Source: an uncultured Acholeplasmataceae bacterium (GTDB taxonomy: Bacteria; Bacillota_I; Bacilli_A; RF39; UBA660). Taken from it: DNA of 64,000 bases. This document shows positions 29,926 through 40,244 of the stretch, in pieces. The stretch spans positions 15,599 through 79,598 of the forward strand of contig CAJKWD010000001.1 in assembly GCA_905203475.1 (NCBI GenBank), given 5' to 3'. Position 1 is the stretch's first letter. Every line of letters begins with the position of its first letter. The notes beneath the pieces are model-generated. The model was not told where the DNA came from and made no database searches. It was given only the letters and a program-made list of their open reading frames with translations. The translations under genes were made by a program, and so were the position numbers.

Positions 29926-30580
29926 TTTCATTACCTCCCTTATTTTTCTTGGAAGGAAGGATTTCTCCTTTGTAGATCCATACTTTAACACCAATTTTTC
30001 CATATGTTGTATTAGCTTCTTTAATAGCGTAATCAACATCAGCTCTTAAAGTATGAAGTGGAATCATACCTTCAGTATATCCTTCAGTACGAGCCATATC
30101 TACGCCACCTAAACGACCAGATACTGAAGTTTTAATTCCTTTTGCTCCTGCCTTCATAGTATTTCTAATTGCTTTTTTCTGTGCAATTCTAAATGATACA
30201 CGATTTTCGATTTGGTGTGCAATATTTTCTGCAACCAAAGCAGCATCTAAATCAGGATTTTTTACTTCCATAATAGAAATTTGTACATCTTCATTTACTA
30301 ATTTAGAAAGTTCTTTTCTGATTTTTTCAATTTCATCTCCACCGTGACCGATTACAACACCTGGTTTTGCAGTGTTGATAATAACATCGGTTTTCTTAGC
30401 GGTTCTCTCGATAAGAATACTTGAAACTGCTGCGTCTTTTAATTTCTTTTCTAAAAACTTACGAATCTTTACGTCATTTTCTAAGAATCTAGCTGTATCT
30501 TTTCTATCAGCAAACCATCTAGATTCCCAGTCTTTATTGATTCCAATTCTAAGACCAATTGGACTAACTTTTTGACCCAT
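29900..30580 (-). CDS. rpsC: 30S ribosomal protein S3
   Basis: [13 protein letters not shown]. The start is placed at the ATG with an AGGAGG RBS. Confidence 0.9.
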   Translation of the reverse strand: MGQKVSPIGLRIGINKDWESRWFADRKDTARFLENDVKIRKFLEKKLKDAAVSSILIERTAKKTDVIINTAKPGVVIGHGGDEIEKIRKELSKLVNEDVQISIMEVKNPDLDAALVAENIAHQIENRVSFRIAQKKAIRNTMKAGAKGIKTSVSGRLGGVDMARTEGYTEGMIPLHTLRADVDYAIKEANTTYGKIGVKVWIYKGEILPSKKNKGGNENGSHSKKN

Positions 30581-30596
30581 CAGTTTACCTCCTTTA

Positions 30597-30932
30597 TTAG
30601 TTTCTCTCACTTACAACAATTGTAATGTGACTTGTTCTTTTCTTAATTGGATCTGCATGACCACGTGATCCACAACGCATTCTTTTTAATGGTTTTCCTT
30701 CGTTTACAAAAGCTTCTTTTACAAATAAGTTATCTTTATTTAAATTTAAATTATTTGTCGCATTTGCAACAGCGGAAGTTAAAACCTTATGAATTGCTCT
30801 AGAAGCATCACGATTCATATTTGATAAAATCTGATCAGCTTCTACAACACTTTTTCCACGAATTAAATCTATAACTAAACGAGCTTTACGAGGTGTAAGT
30901 CTTACACCATAAGCAAGTGCTTTCGCTTCCAT
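30597..30932 (-). CDS. rplV: 50S ribosomal protein L22
   Basis: [20 protein letters not shown]. Confidence 0.95.
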   Translation of the reverse strand: MEAKALAYGVRLTPRKARLVIDLIRGKSVVEADQILSNMNRDASRAIHKVLTSAVANATNNLNLNKDNLFVKEAFVNEGKPLKRMRCGSRGHADPIKKRTSHITIVVSERN

Positions 30933-30956
30933 TTTAGTCCTCCTTCCAGTTACTTA

Positions 30957-31223
30957 TTATTTCTTGTCAGCACCATGTCCACCGAATTTACGAGTAAGTG
31001 CGAATTCTCCTAATTTATGTCCTACCATATCTTCAGTTACATAAACAGGAATATGTTCTTTTCCATTGTGAACTCCAAATGTAAGTCCTACAAATTCTGG
31101 ATAAATCGTTGAACGGCGTGACCAAGTCTTAATGACTTCTTTTTTACCACTCTTGTTGACTTCTTCTACTTTTTTCATTAAAGATGCATCAACAAATGGT
31201 CCTTTTTTCAAACTTCTAGCCAT
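30957..31223 (-). CDS. rpsS: 30S ribosomal protein S19
   Basis: [12 protein letters not shown]. Confidence 0.95.
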   Translation of the reverse strand: MARSLKKGPFVDASLMKKVEEVNKSGKKEVIKTWSRRSTIYPEFVGLTFGVHNGKEHIPVYVTEDMVGHKLGEFALTRKFGGHGADKK

Positions 31224-31242
31224 TATATCTCAATCCTTTCTC

Positions 31243-32073
31243 TTATTTTTTACGACGGCGAACAATTAGCTTGTTTGAAGCTTTTTTCGTTCCACGAGTT
31301 TTTAAACCAAGTGCAGGTTTACCCCAAGGAGTAACTGGTGCTTTTCTACCAATAGGAGCACGTCCTTCTCCTCCACCATGTGGGTGATCATTAGGGTTCA
31401 TAACAGAACCACGAACTGTTGGACGAATTCCCATATGTCTCTTACGTCCAGCTTTTCCTAAGCTTACTAATTCATGATCTTCGTTTCCTACTTCTCCAAC
31501 AGTAGCACGACAAGTATTTAATACTTTACGAACTTCTCCACTAGATAAACGAATTAATGTATATTTTCCTTCACGTCCTAAAATTTGAGCACTGTTTCCA
31601 GCAGAACGAGCAATTTGACCACCTTTTCCAGGTTTTAACTCAATATTATGAACTAATGTTCCTTCTGGAATATTTCCAATTGGAAGTGTGTTACCAACTT
31701 TAATATCAGCATTTTCACCACTTTCAATCTTCATTCCAACTTTTAATCCTTTTGGAGCAAGAATATATCTCTTTTCTCCATCTACATATTTAATCAAAGC
31801 AATATTAGATGATCTGTTTGGATCGTATTCAATAGAAGCAACTGTTCCTTCTACATTATCTTTGTCTCTTTTAAAATCAATGATACGGTATTTTCTTTTT
31901 GCTCCTCCACCACGATGTCTTACTGTGATGCGACCAGAGTTATTACGACCACCATTTTTCTTAAGAGTTACAAGTAATGATTTTTCAGGAGTTGTTGTAG
32001 TGATTTCATCATTTGTTAATGTTGATTTACCACGTTGACCATTTGTCATTGCTTTGTATGTCTTAATTGCCAT
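31243..32073 (-). CDS. rplB: 50S ribosomal protein L2
   Basis: 276 aa. [16 protein letters not shown]. Confidence 0.95.
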   Translation of the reverse strand: MAIKTYKAMTNGQRGKSTLTNDEITTTTPEKSLLVTLKKNGGRNNSGRITVRHRGGGAKRKYRIIDFKRDKDNVEGTVASIEYDPNRSSNIALIKYVDGEKRYILAPKGLKVGMKIESGENADIKVGNTLPIGNIPEGTLVHNIELKPGKGGQIARSAGNSAQILGREGKYTLIRLSSGEVRKVLNTCRATVGEVGNEDHELVSLGKAGRKRHMGIRPTVRGSVMNPNDHPHGGGEGRAPIGRKAPVTPWGKPALGLKTRGTKKASNKLIVRRRKK

Positions 32074-32090
32074 AATTTCCCTCCTTTAGA

Positions 32091-32372
32091 TTAGTTTAGT
32101 TCGATTGAACTTCCTTCTTGTAATTTCACAATTGCTTTTTTTACTCTTCTTGTTTTACCAACGTAACGTCCCATACGTTTTTTTCTAGGTTTTACGTTGA
32201 TTGTATTTACGCTTTCAACTTTTACATTAAAAATTGCTTCGATTGCTTGTTTAATTTGTGTTTTGTTTGCACGAGGGTCTACACGGAATGTGTATTTATT
32301 CTCATTTTGTGCAAGATAAGCACTTTTTTCTGTAACAACTGGTGCTTTAATAATATCTCTATAGTTACTCAT
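32091..32372 (-). CDS. rplW: 50S ribosomal protein L23
   Basis: Position and sequence match L23. Confidence 0.9.
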   Translation of the reverse strand: MSNYRDIIKAPVVTEKSAYLAQNENKYTFRVDPRANKTQIKQAIEAIFNVKVESVNTINVKPRKKRMGRYVGKTRRVKKAIVKLQEGSSIELN

Positions 32373-33001
32373 TAACCAAGCACCTCCTCTAATTTTTTAA
32401 CAGCATTTTCTGTAATTACCATGCGATTTACACTAACAACATCTAATGTATTTACTTCATCAGTTTCAAGTAATAATACATTATCTAAATTACGAGTTGC
32501 TAAAATAACTTCATCTGTTAATTCATCAACAACAATCATTGTTTTTTCGTTGTTTACTTTTAAGTTTGTTAATGCTTCTTTTGCTGTTTTTGTTTTTCCA
32601 TCAGCAAGGTTGAAATTATCAACGATTACTAATTCATTATCTTTATATTTGTAAGATAAAGCTGATTTTAAAGCTAATCTTCTTTCCTTACGATTCATTT
32701 TTAATTTGTAATTCTTTTGTGGTGTTGGACCAAATACAACTCCACCACCAACCCAATGTGGTGCACGAATACTTCCTTGACGAGCATTACCAGTTCCTTT
32801 TTGTCTCCAAGGTTTTCTTCCTCCACCGCTTACTTCACTACGTGTTTTCGTACTTGCAGTACTTTGTCTTTGGGCATTTCTTGTTAAACGAATTGCATCG
32901 TATAAAACTGTATCGTTTGGAGTAATTCCAAATACATTTTCATTTAATGTAATATCGCTTACTTTTTCACCCTTTATATTTAATACAGGTAATTTTTTCA
33001 T
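32372..33001 (-). CDS. rplD: 50S ribosomal protein L4
   Basis: Position and sequence match L4. Confidence 0.95.
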   Translation of the reverse strand: MKKLPVLNIKGEKVSDITLNENVFGITPNDTVLYDAIRLTRNAQRQSTASTKTRSEVSGGGRKPWRQKGTGNARQGSIRAPHWVGGGVVFGPTPQKNYKLKMNRKERRLALKSALSYKYKDNELVIVDNFNLADGKTKTAKEALTNLKVNNEKTMIVVDELTDEVILATRNLDNVLLLETDEVNTLDVVSVNRMVITENAVKKLEEVLG

Positions 33002-33019
33002 ACTCTATTTGCCTCCCTA

Positions 33020-33763
33020 CTAATTTTCTTCTGTAACAGTTTCTTCTGTTACTTCTTCAGTAGTTTCTTCCACTGGTGTTTCTAGAGGTTTTTCTTCGTA
33101 TGAAACAAGTTCATCCATCTCTACTTTTTTACCTGGATTTTTTACAGAAGTCTTAATTGTAACAAGTGATTTCTTAGCTCCTGGTACATTTCCACTTACT
33201 AAGATAACATTGTTTTCAGTATCAACTGCAACAATTGTTAAATTTTGAATTGTAACAGTTTCAACTCCCATATGTCCTGGCAAGTTTTTACCTTTAAAAA
33301 CACGCATTGGTCTCATAGTTCCCATTGAACCTGGTCTTCTATGATAATGAGATCCATGTCCCATAGGTCCACGATTTTGTCCATGACGTTTAATAACGCC
33401 TTGGAATCCGTGACCTTTTGTTACTCCAGTAACATCTACTACTTCTCCTGGTTCAAAAATATCAACTTTAATTTCTTGACCTAAAGAATAGTTATTTACA
33501 TCTACACCACGAATCTCTTTAAAGAAGCGCTTAGGTGTAGTGTTTGCTTTATTGGTATGACCAATAGAAGCTTTTGTCGCTAGTTTTTCTCTTTTTGTTT
33601 CAAAACCTAGTTGAATTGCTTCATAACCGTCGTTTTCTTTTGTCTTAATTTGTGTTACCACATTTGGTTCAACAGAAATAACAGTTACAGGAATCAATTT
33701 TCCAGATTTTGTAAATACTTGAGTCATTCCAATCTTACGACCTAAGATTCCTTTCATTTCCAT
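33020..33763 (-). CDS. rplC: 50S ribosomal protein L3 with an acidic C-terminal extension of about 35 aa
   Basis: [15 protein letters not shown]. The tail reads [25 protein letters not shown]. Confidence 0.95.
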   Translation of the reverse strand: MEMKGILGRKIGMTQVFTKSGKLIPVTVISVEPNVVTQIKTKENDGYEAIQLGFETKREKLATKASIGHTNKANTTPKRFFKEIRGVDVNNYSLGQEIKVDIFEPGEVVDVTGVTKGHGFQGVIKRHGQNRGPMGHGSHYHRRPGSMGTMRPMRVFKGKNLPGHMGVETVTIQNLTIVAVDTENNVILVSGNVPGAKKSLVTIKTSVKNPGKKVEMDELVSYEEKPLETPVEETTEEVTEETVTEEN

Positions 33764-33778
33764 ATTTCTTTCCTCCTA

Positions 33779-34087
33779 TTATAATTTGATTTTAATATCT
33801 ACACCACTTGGGATATCTAAATGAGTTAGTGCCTCAATCGTCTCCTTACTTGGGTTTACGATATCAATAAGTCTTTTGTGTGTTCTTCTTTCAAATTGCT
33901 CACGTGAATCTTTATATTTGTGAACAGCTCTTAAGATAGTGATTTTTTCAATTTCAGTTGGTAGTGGAATTGGTCCACATACTTCTCCACCTGTTCTTTT
34001 TACTGTTTCCACAATTTTCGCACAAGCGTTATCTAAACTCTTGTGTTCGTAAGCTTTTAATTTGATACGAACTTTCGTTTTAGACAT
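33779..34087 (-). CDS. rpsJ: 30S ribosomal protein S10
   Basis: [15 protein letters not shown]. Confidence 0.95.
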   Translation of the reverse strand: MSKTKVRIKLKAYEHKSLDNACAKIVETVKRTGGEVCGPIPLPTEIEKITILRAVHKYKDSREQFERRTHKRLIDIVNPSKETIEALTHLDIPSGVDIKIKL

Positions 34088-34249
34088 ATTGTATCCTCCT
34101 TTCGCCTATATCCAGTATAGACTTGCTCCGTTAGGAAAACCTGATAACCGGTTATTTTTATTTACAACTTAACCTGGTGTATCAGCAACCTCCCACATCA
34201 ACGCATGCCACACATTCAAAATTATACATGATAATTATATGAAAATCAA
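34088..34249 (-). promoter_or_regulatory. S10-operon promoter (TTGATT-17-TATAAT, at 34221..34249) and a 5' leader of about 125 nt
   Basis: Consensus sigma-A hexamers on the minus strand. The leader contains a GC-richer, structured segment. Confidence 0.55.
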
Positions 34250-34342
34250 GAGAAAATTTTCATTTTTTTACAAAATTTTGACATATTGTGAATTTTTCAC
34301 AACCTAAAAAAAACATTGAACTGTCAAATCAAATAATTGTCA

Positions 34343-34371
34343 TTTTCATTCCGGAAAAAATATGTTATAAT
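34343..34371 (+). promoter_or_regulatory. Putative extended -10 promoter (TGtTATAAT) for the K-rich membrane-protein gene
   Basis: The -10 lies about 22 nt upstream of a GGGGTGA RBS. Confidence 0.35.
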
Positions 34372-34393
34372 GGAGAAAATATGGGGTGAAAAT

Positions 34394-35308
34394 ATGAGTG
34401 AGAAAAATAAAGAAATAGCAAAGAAAAAAACGGATGCGAAAAAAAATACAAAAAGCGTTAAAAAAGCGGATAAAAAAAAGAAAGTTGCGACAACTAAAAA
34501 AGAGGTAAAACCCACAAAAAAAGTTGTAAAAATGGCAGATAAGAAAAAAAATACAAAAAGAAAAACTGATACTAAAAAAGCAACCACAAAGAAAAAAAGT
34601 ATATTTAGAAAAAAACGTGAAGCAAAATTAGTAATTCCGCAATTAGAACCATCTAAAGAAGTAGATTTTGATAAATACGAAGATTATATCGGTATCAAAA
34701 CACCTGATTGGCAAGAAAAGAAAGTTCAATTATTACAAGAACACGAATTACGTTTACAAGGAAAAGAAATCAGTGAAGAAATTGAAGATTCTAAAAGAGA
34801 TTCAAATCTTGCTTTGATTTTACTGGTTGCAATTGCCATTATTATATTATCATTTACTTTTGTAACCAACTTATATCGCAAAGAATTACAACGTCAAAAG
34901 AAAGAAACACAAGCATTGAATGAATTACAAGATACTACAAATGACGATGAAGAAATAGAAGAAGAGATTAAAACGCAGACAATGACGTGTACCACAACAC
35001 CAACACAAATCGAAAATTATCAAAGTTCTGTTTTATCTATTTCTACATTCGAAAACAATAACTTAGTTACTTACGAATACATTGTGACTAAAAAATATGC
35101 AGATCAAGGAAGTTATGACAGTGCAAAATTAGCAAGTCAAAATCAAAATGATATTATCTTTGATAACAATCAATTAACAATCAAAACATACTTTGGAAAT
35201 GGACATATAGAAAGTGTTCCTCAAGAAACAACTTATCTTGGTAAAACAGTTCAAGAGGTAAAAGCCCAAGAAGAAGCTGCTGGAGCAATTTGTACATTAA
35301 GTGAATAA
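34394..35308 (+). CDS. Lysine-rich (histone-H1-like KKxx repeats) single-pass membrane protein with a C-terminal extracytoplasmic domain of about 145 aa
   Basis: MSEKNKEIAKKKTDAKKNTKSVKKADKKKK... followed by the TM helix LALILLVAIAIIILSFTFV and a Q/N/T-rich C-terminal domain. The listed ORF starts at 34337, but the ATG at 34394 has an RBS. Confidence 0.6.
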   Translation: MSEKNKEIAKKKTDAKKNTKSVKKADKKKKVATTKKEVKPTKKVVKMADKKKNTKRKTDTKKATTKKKSIFRKKREAKLVIPQLEPSKEVDFDKYEDYIGIKTPDWQEKKVQLLQEHELRLQGKEISEEIEDSKRDSNLALILLVAIAIIILSFTFVTNLYRKELQRQKKETQALNELQDTTNDDEEIEEEIKTQTMTCTTTPTQIENYQSSVLSISTFENNNLVTYEYIVTKKYADQGSYDSAKLASQNQNDIIFDNNQLTIKTYFGNGHIESVPQETTYLGKTVQEVKAQEEAAGAICTLSE

Positions 35309-35363
35309 AGACTACATATTAATGTAGTTTTTTTATGCAAAAAAAATAACAACATAATAGTTG

Positions 35364-35579
35364 TTATTTAACAAATGGAATTAATGCCATAAAACGAGCT
35401 TTTTTAATTTCATTTGCAATATGTCTTTGATGTAATTTACAATTTCCATTCATTCTTGTAGATGTAATTGCACCATTTGGTTTAATATATTTCTTAATTA
35501 CGTCTACATCTTTATAATTTACATCTTTACCAGCACACATTTGGCAAATTTTCTTTCTTTTTCTAAATCCTTCAGCCAT
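35364..35579 (-). CDS. rpsR: 30S ribosomal protein S18
   Basis: Position and sequence match S18. Confidence 0.9.
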   Translation of the reverse strand: MAEGFRKRKKICQMCAGKDVNYKDVDVIKKYIKPNGAITSTRMNGNCKLHQRHIANEIKKARFMALIPFVK

Positions 35580-35596
35580 GATTACGCATCCTTTCT

Positions 35597-36070
35597 TTAG
35601 TCTAGGAAATCATCACTAATAGATACACTATCACCAAAATCAGCAAATGGATCATCTTCTACATTTACATCATTTGTATAACTTCCTGTTTGATTATTTG
35701 ATGGTTGTTGATAATCATATGGACTTGCTTCATTAGCACGATTACTACGTTGTCCTTTACTCTCTAAAAATTGTACAGAATCAGCAACTACTTCCATAGA
35801 ATATCTCTTATTTCCATCTTTATCTTCGTAATTATTAGTTTGAAGTCTACCTTCAACAGAAACTAAACTTCCCTTATCTAAATAATTACATACATTTTCA
35901 GCTTGTTTTCTCCATACTACGACATTGATAAAATCAGTTTCCCTTTCACCATCACGATTACTAAATGTACGATTTACCGCAACAGAGAAGCGTGTAAATG
36001 GTAAGTTAGAAGCTGTATAACGTAGTTCTGGTTTCGCTGTTAATCTTCCGATTAATAATACTCGATTCAT
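35597..36070 (-). CDS. ssb: Single-stranded DNA-binding protein
   Basis: [21 protein letters not shown]-fold, and an acidic DDFLD tail. Confidence 0.9.
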   Translation of the reverse strand: MNRVLLIGRLTAKPELRYTASNLPFTRFSVAVNRTFSNRDGERETDFINVVVWRKQAENVCNYLDKGSLVSVEGRLQTNNYEDKDGNKRYSMEVVADSVQFLESKGQRSNRANEASPYDYQQPSNNQTGSYTNDVNVEDDPFADFGDSVSISDDFLD

Positions 36071-36084
36071 AAAACGTATCTCCT

Positions 36085-36375
36085 TTATTTTTCAATTTTT
36101 GTGATTAAATGACGAATTACATCATTGCTAATTAAAGCTAAACGATCAAATTCTTTGATTGCTGCATCATCATTTGCACTTAAAGTTAATACGTAATAGT
36201 ATCCACTTTTACATTTTTTGATTTCGTAAGCTAATTCTCTTTGCCCCATATCTGTTTCACCAGTAATTGTAGCTCCATGATTTGTTAAAACATTTTTGAA
36301 GTTTTCAATCACTTTTTTTGTGTCTTCTTCAGATAATGTAGGTCTTACGATAAACATGATTTCGTATTCTCTCAT
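36085..36375 (-). CDS. rpsF: 30S ribosomal protein S6
   Basis: [12 protein letters not shown]. The start is placed at the ATG with a CAAGGAGG RBS. Confidence 0.9.
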   Translation of the reverse strand: MREYEIMFIVRPTLSEEDTKKVIENFKNVLTNHGATITGETDMGQRELAYEIKKCKSGYYYVLTLSANDDAAIKEFDRLALISNDVIRHLITKIEK

Positions 36376-36430
36376 TTTTACACCTCCTTGTGGTCTAAGT
36401 GGCTTTTGATAACTCAAAAGCAAGGAGTAA
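36376..36430 (-). promoter_or_regulatory. rpsF 5' leader with an SD-sequestering stem, a candidate S6:S18 autoregulatory element
   Basis: ACUCCUUG ... hairpin cuuuuga-guua-ucaaaag ... CAAGGAGG pairing occludes the RBS. Confidence 0.35.
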
Positions 36431-36587
36431 ATTCATACTCGCTTAAGATTATAACAAATAATATGTAAATTGTAAACAAATTTTTCCTACATTCCTATTA
36501 TAAGCATAAAAATAATTGACATTTTTAAGTATATGTTTAGTTTTTTTGCTAAAAAATAAAAAATTATTATAGAATTTTCTATAATAA

Positions 36588-37685
36588 TTATACATTAAAA
36601 CGAAATAAACAAATATCCCCATCTTGCATAACATAGTCTTTTCCTTCAAGACGAAGTTTACCCGCTTCTCTAACTGCTTTTTCTGATTTCAATTCAGCAA
36701 AATCCTCATAACTCATAACTTCTGCTTTAATAAAACCTTTTTCGAAATCAGTATGAATAATACCAGCGCATTCAGGTGCCTTCATTCCTTTTTTAAAAGT
36801 CCATGCACGAACTTCATCTGTTCCCTCTGTAAAATAAGTCGCAAGTCCTAATAGAGAATATGTTGCACGTATTAGTTGATCAAGTCCACTTTCTTGTAAC
36901 CCTAGATCTTGTAGGAACAAGTTTTTATCTTCCTCTTCTAGTTCACTTAACTCTTCTTCTATCTTTGCACATACAACAATTACTTCTGCCTTTTCTTTTT
37001 TTGCATATTCTTTTACTTGTTTCACATATTCATTTTCTTCTAATATTTCCATTTCCTTGACATTAGAAACGTATATGATTGGTTTCATGGTTAATAAATT
37101 AAATGACTTTAATAATTTTAACTCATCTTCTGTATATTCTAACGCACGAGCTGGAATATTTTTTTCTAAGCTTTCTTTTATTTTTTTCATTAGATTCACT
37201 TCTAATAAAGTTGCTTTATCTTTCGTCATTTCTGCTTTTTTACCAAGGCGACCAAGTCTTGCATCAATCACTTCTAAGTCTGCTAAAATTAATTCTACAT
37301 GAATGATTTCAATATCACGTATAGGATCGATTTTTCCCTCGACATGGGTAATATTCCCATCTTCAAAACATCTTACTACTTCTACAATTGCATCGACTTC
37401 ACGAATGTGACTTAAAAATTTATTCCCAAGCCCTTCCCCTGTCGAAGCACCTTTTACAAGACCAGCAATGTCAGTAAATTCAAAAGTAGTTGGAATCGTT
37501 CTTGCTGGATGTACTAAATCTGTTAAAACATCTAAACGATGATCAGGAACTGTTACCACTCCGACATTTGGCTCTATTGTAGCAAATGGATAGTTGGCTG
37601 CTAGAATATGTTTTTTTGTAATTGCGTTAAATAAAGTAGACTTTCCAACGTTTGGAAGGCCCACAATTCCGGCTGTTAAACTCAT
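36588..37685 (-). CDS. ychF: Ribosome-binding ATPase YchF
   Basis: [18 protein letters not shown], and a TGS C-terminal domain. Confidence 0.95.
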   Translation of the reverse strand: MSLTAGIVGLPNVGKSTLFNAITKKHILAANYPFATIEPNVGVVTVPDHRLDVLTDLVHPARTIPTTFEFTDIAGLVKGASTGEGLGNKFLSHIREVDAIVEVVRCFEDGNITHVEGKIDPIRDIEIIHVELILADLEVIDARLGRLGKKAEMTKDKATLLEVNLMKKIKESLEKNIPARALEYTEDELKLLKSFNLLTMKPIIYVSNVKEMEILEENEYVKQVKEYAKKEKAEVIVVCAKIEEELSELEEEDKNLFLQDLGLQESGLDQLIRATYSLLGLATYFTEGTDEVRAWTFKKGMKAPECAGIIHTDFEKGFIKAEVMSYEDFAELKSEKAVREAGKLRLEGKDYVMQDGDICLFRFNV

Positions 37686-37697
37686 ATTGATTCCCCC

Positions 37698-39224
37698 TTA
37701 TAATGTTGGCATTGTATTCATTCCCAGTGGTAATCCCACCAAATACCAACCTATTATAATCAATATCCATACAATTGTAAACAATAAAATGGATGGAAAT
37801 AAAATCTTTAACGTTCCAAATAATGTAATTTCTTCTTTTCTTTCCGCATTATATTTCTGTAAGAAACCTACCATAATAATGAAATAAACGAAGAAAAGAG
37901 AAATACTCTTACCAATTCCATCAGCTGCTTTAAATAAGAACTGAGTGAAGTCTGGAGTGATGTTTGCACGCATAAATAATGGAATTACAATTGGAGATAA
38001 TAATGTCCATTTTTCGATATTTCCAGGAATTAAAATACTAGCAATAACAATAATCACAAATACAGCCAAAATTAATGGCATTCCAGAAATTTGTAATGTA
38101 CTAATAAAATCAACCAATCTTGTTGTGATAACACTACCTAAATTGGTCCAATTTAAGATGGCTAACATATTAGAAACAAAGAATAATAAAACGAATAAGT
38201 AACCTACATTCTTAAATTCCTTTGATAACCCTAATCCACAATCTTCTGTAGATTTTAAATTACCAGATATAATTCCATATATAAATGAACATAAGACTAA
38301 GATAATTGTAATAAATAAGATAATACCTGTATGAAATGGAGCATTCGAACTAAATAATTGTGCGATATATTCTGTTTCATTATGATCTAACAAAGCCCCT
38401 GAACCAGGTAATCCTGGGATAATCATATAGCCAATCACTAAGGCTATTAAAATAAATAAAACACCACTAATACGAGCTGCAACTTTTGAATCATTATATA
38501 CTACTTCATCATCAATATGACATTTCTTAGGTAGTTTTGGAGCTAAAAATTTAGTAATAATAATCGTACCAAGAAAAGCTAAAACCAAAGTTGATACCGG
38601 TCCAATAATACTTGTTGATAATAAATGAAAAACATAGTTTTCATCAACTGTAGCATTCGCAGCCACTTGTGTTAGCATTCCTAAAGTATAATCATCATAA
38701 GTAAAGATAACATTTGTTCCATAGCCAATACTTGTTCCTAAAAAAGCTGTCATAATTCCTAACATCGGATTCTTACCGGCATATTGATACATGACACCTG
38801 CTAGTGGAATTAATAACATAAAACTATATTCACCAATAATATTAGAAATAATCGATACCAAAAGTAATACAAAAGTTAAAACACTTAAACGAAGTTTCTT
38901 TAATGGTGAGAATAATTTTTGAAATAGACCACTCGCTGAGCCAATACTAATACCAATTAAAGATAATACTAAATAAGCAAGCGGTTCAAATGTAGTAAAT
39001 GAGTTTACAATACTACCAAATAAGAAATGAATACCATCTAGTGAAAAGATATTTTTAACAGTTGTTAAAGATGATTCCAAACTATCGTTTACTATTGTAC
39101 TTTTATGCCCTTCAATTCCTAAAACAGAGAATAGAAGACTTACAATCATAATGATAAAAGTCAAAATAACAATTGTAAAAATTGGATTCAAACTTTTTTG
39201 TTTTTTTCTCTTATTTAATTTCAT
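37698..39224 (-). CDS. AbgT-family transporter
   Basis: About 508-aa polytopic protein. The start is placed at the ATG with an AGGAGG RBS. Confidence 0.6.
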   Translation of the reverse strand: MKLNKRKKQKSLNPIFTIVILTFIIMIVSLLFSVLGIEGHKSTIVNDSLESSLTTVKNIFSLDGIHFLFGSIVNSFTTFEPLAYLVLSLIGISIGSASGLFQKLFSPLKKLRLSVLTFVLLLVSIISNIIGEYSFMLLIPLAGVMYQYAGKNPMLGIMTAFLGTSIGYGTNVIFTYDDYTLGMLTQVAANATVDENYVFHLLSTSIIGPVSTLVLAFLGTIIITKFLAPKLPKKCHIDDEVVYNDSKVAARISGVLFILIALVIGYMIIPGLPGSGALLDHNETEYIAQLFSSNAPFHTGIILFITIILVLCSFIYGIISGNLKSTEDCGLGLSKEFKNVGYLFVLLFFVSNMLAILNWTNLGSVITTRLVDFISTLQISGMPLILAVFVIIVIASILIPGNIEKWTLLSPIVIPLFMRANITPDFTQFLFKAADGIGKSISLFFVYFIIMVGFLQKYNAERKEEITLFGTLKILFPSILLFTIVWILIIIGWYLVGLPLGMNTMPTL

Positions 39225-39235
39225 ATAGCCTCCTA

Positions 39236-39418
39236 TCATTGCAATACTTTCTTCAATTTTCGGTTAAATTCAATACGAGGCATCATAATTGTTCTTCCAC
39301 ATTTACGACATTTGATTTTAATATCTGCTCCTACTCGTATAATCTCCCACTCATTTGTTCCGCAAGGATGCTCCTTTTTCATTGTTACAATACTTCCTAA
39401 TTTATATTCTTTTTCCAT
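39236..39418 (-). CDS. DUF951-family small protein (yyzM-like)
   Basis: 60 aa with four Cys arranged as CxxC...CxxC. A gene of this kind sits near ychF in Bacillus. Confidence 0.6.
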   Translation of the reverse strand: MEKEYKLGSIVTMKKEHPCGTNEWEIIRVGADIKIKCRKCGRTIMMPRIEFNRKLKKVLQ

Positions 39419-40241
39419 TATGTACCACCACCTGTGGATATCCCATTTGAATTTTATTTTGATCTAATACTTGTTTTACCTGTTTTCTAATCTCTCTTTG
39501 TACACCAAAATGTTCTGTTGGAACAGTGTCCACTGTAATACGATATACAAGCCCTTTATCGTTATATTCATTAATACCAAGTAAAGTAACTGTCCCCCTA
39601 ATTTTATCTAATGTATCAGTTAACTTTACACACAAATCTTTTAATACTTGTTCTGCTTTTTCATAATCTTCTTCATATGGAATCGGTATATCAACAATCG
39701 CAAGAGTATTTGATAAATTATAATTAATTACTTCAGTAACAGTACGATTAGAAATAATCTTAACTTCTCCTGTATAAGCACGAATTTGCGTTGTTTTTAA
39801 ACCAATATTGATAACTTCTCCCTCAAAATCACCAACTTCAATCCAATCACCCATACGATATAAGTTGTCTGTAATTATGAAAAATCCAGATACAAAATCT
39901 TTCAATGTATCTTGTAAAGCGAGTCCTAAAACAACTCCAACAGCACCTAAAGAAGCAATAATGGAAGCAGTTGGAATTCCATAAATACCTAAAATAATAA
40001 TGACATCAATTAAAATAATTACATATTTAATAATATTTGTAATCAATGAGACAACTGTAACCGTTCTCTTTTCTTCTTTGGTTTTTAATTTTTTCTTATC
40101 AATGTGAAAGAAACGATGAACAAAATTCTTGATAATTCCATTTAATAAGATAGAAATACAAACAACTAAAATTGGGCCGACAATTTCTTTTACCATTACC
40201 TTTTCTGAGATTGCATTTAATACATTTAAAATACCTTCCAT
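39402..40241 (-). CDS. MscS-family mechanosensitive channel
   Basis: Three TM helices followed by a beta-rich domain. 279 aa. Confidence 0.75.
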   Translation of the reverse strand: MEGILNVLNAISEKVMVKEIVGPILVVCISILLNGIIKNFVHRFFHIDKKKLKTKEEKRTVTVVSLITNIIKYVIILIDVIIILGIYGIPTASIIASLGAVGVVLGLALQDTLKDFVSGFFIITDNLYRMGDWIEVGDFEGEVINIGLKTTQIRAYTGEVKIISNRTVTEVINYNLSNTLAIVDIPIPYEEDYEKAEQVLKDLCVKLTDTLDKIRGTVTLLGINEYNDKGLVYRITVDTVPTEHFGVQREIRKQVKQVLDQNKIQMGYPQVVVHNGKRI

Positions 40242-40244
40242 AGA

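Noticed and set aside
34324-34587. 87-aa minus-strand ORF, poly-Phe
   Set aside because: It is the reverse complement of the poly-Lys (AAA-rich) region of the K-rich gene and is an artefact of that composition.
36449-36649. 66-aa minus-strand ORF between ychF and rpsF
   Set aside because: It overlaps the ychF 3' end and the AT-rich rpsF promoter region. It has no RBS and is low-complexity.
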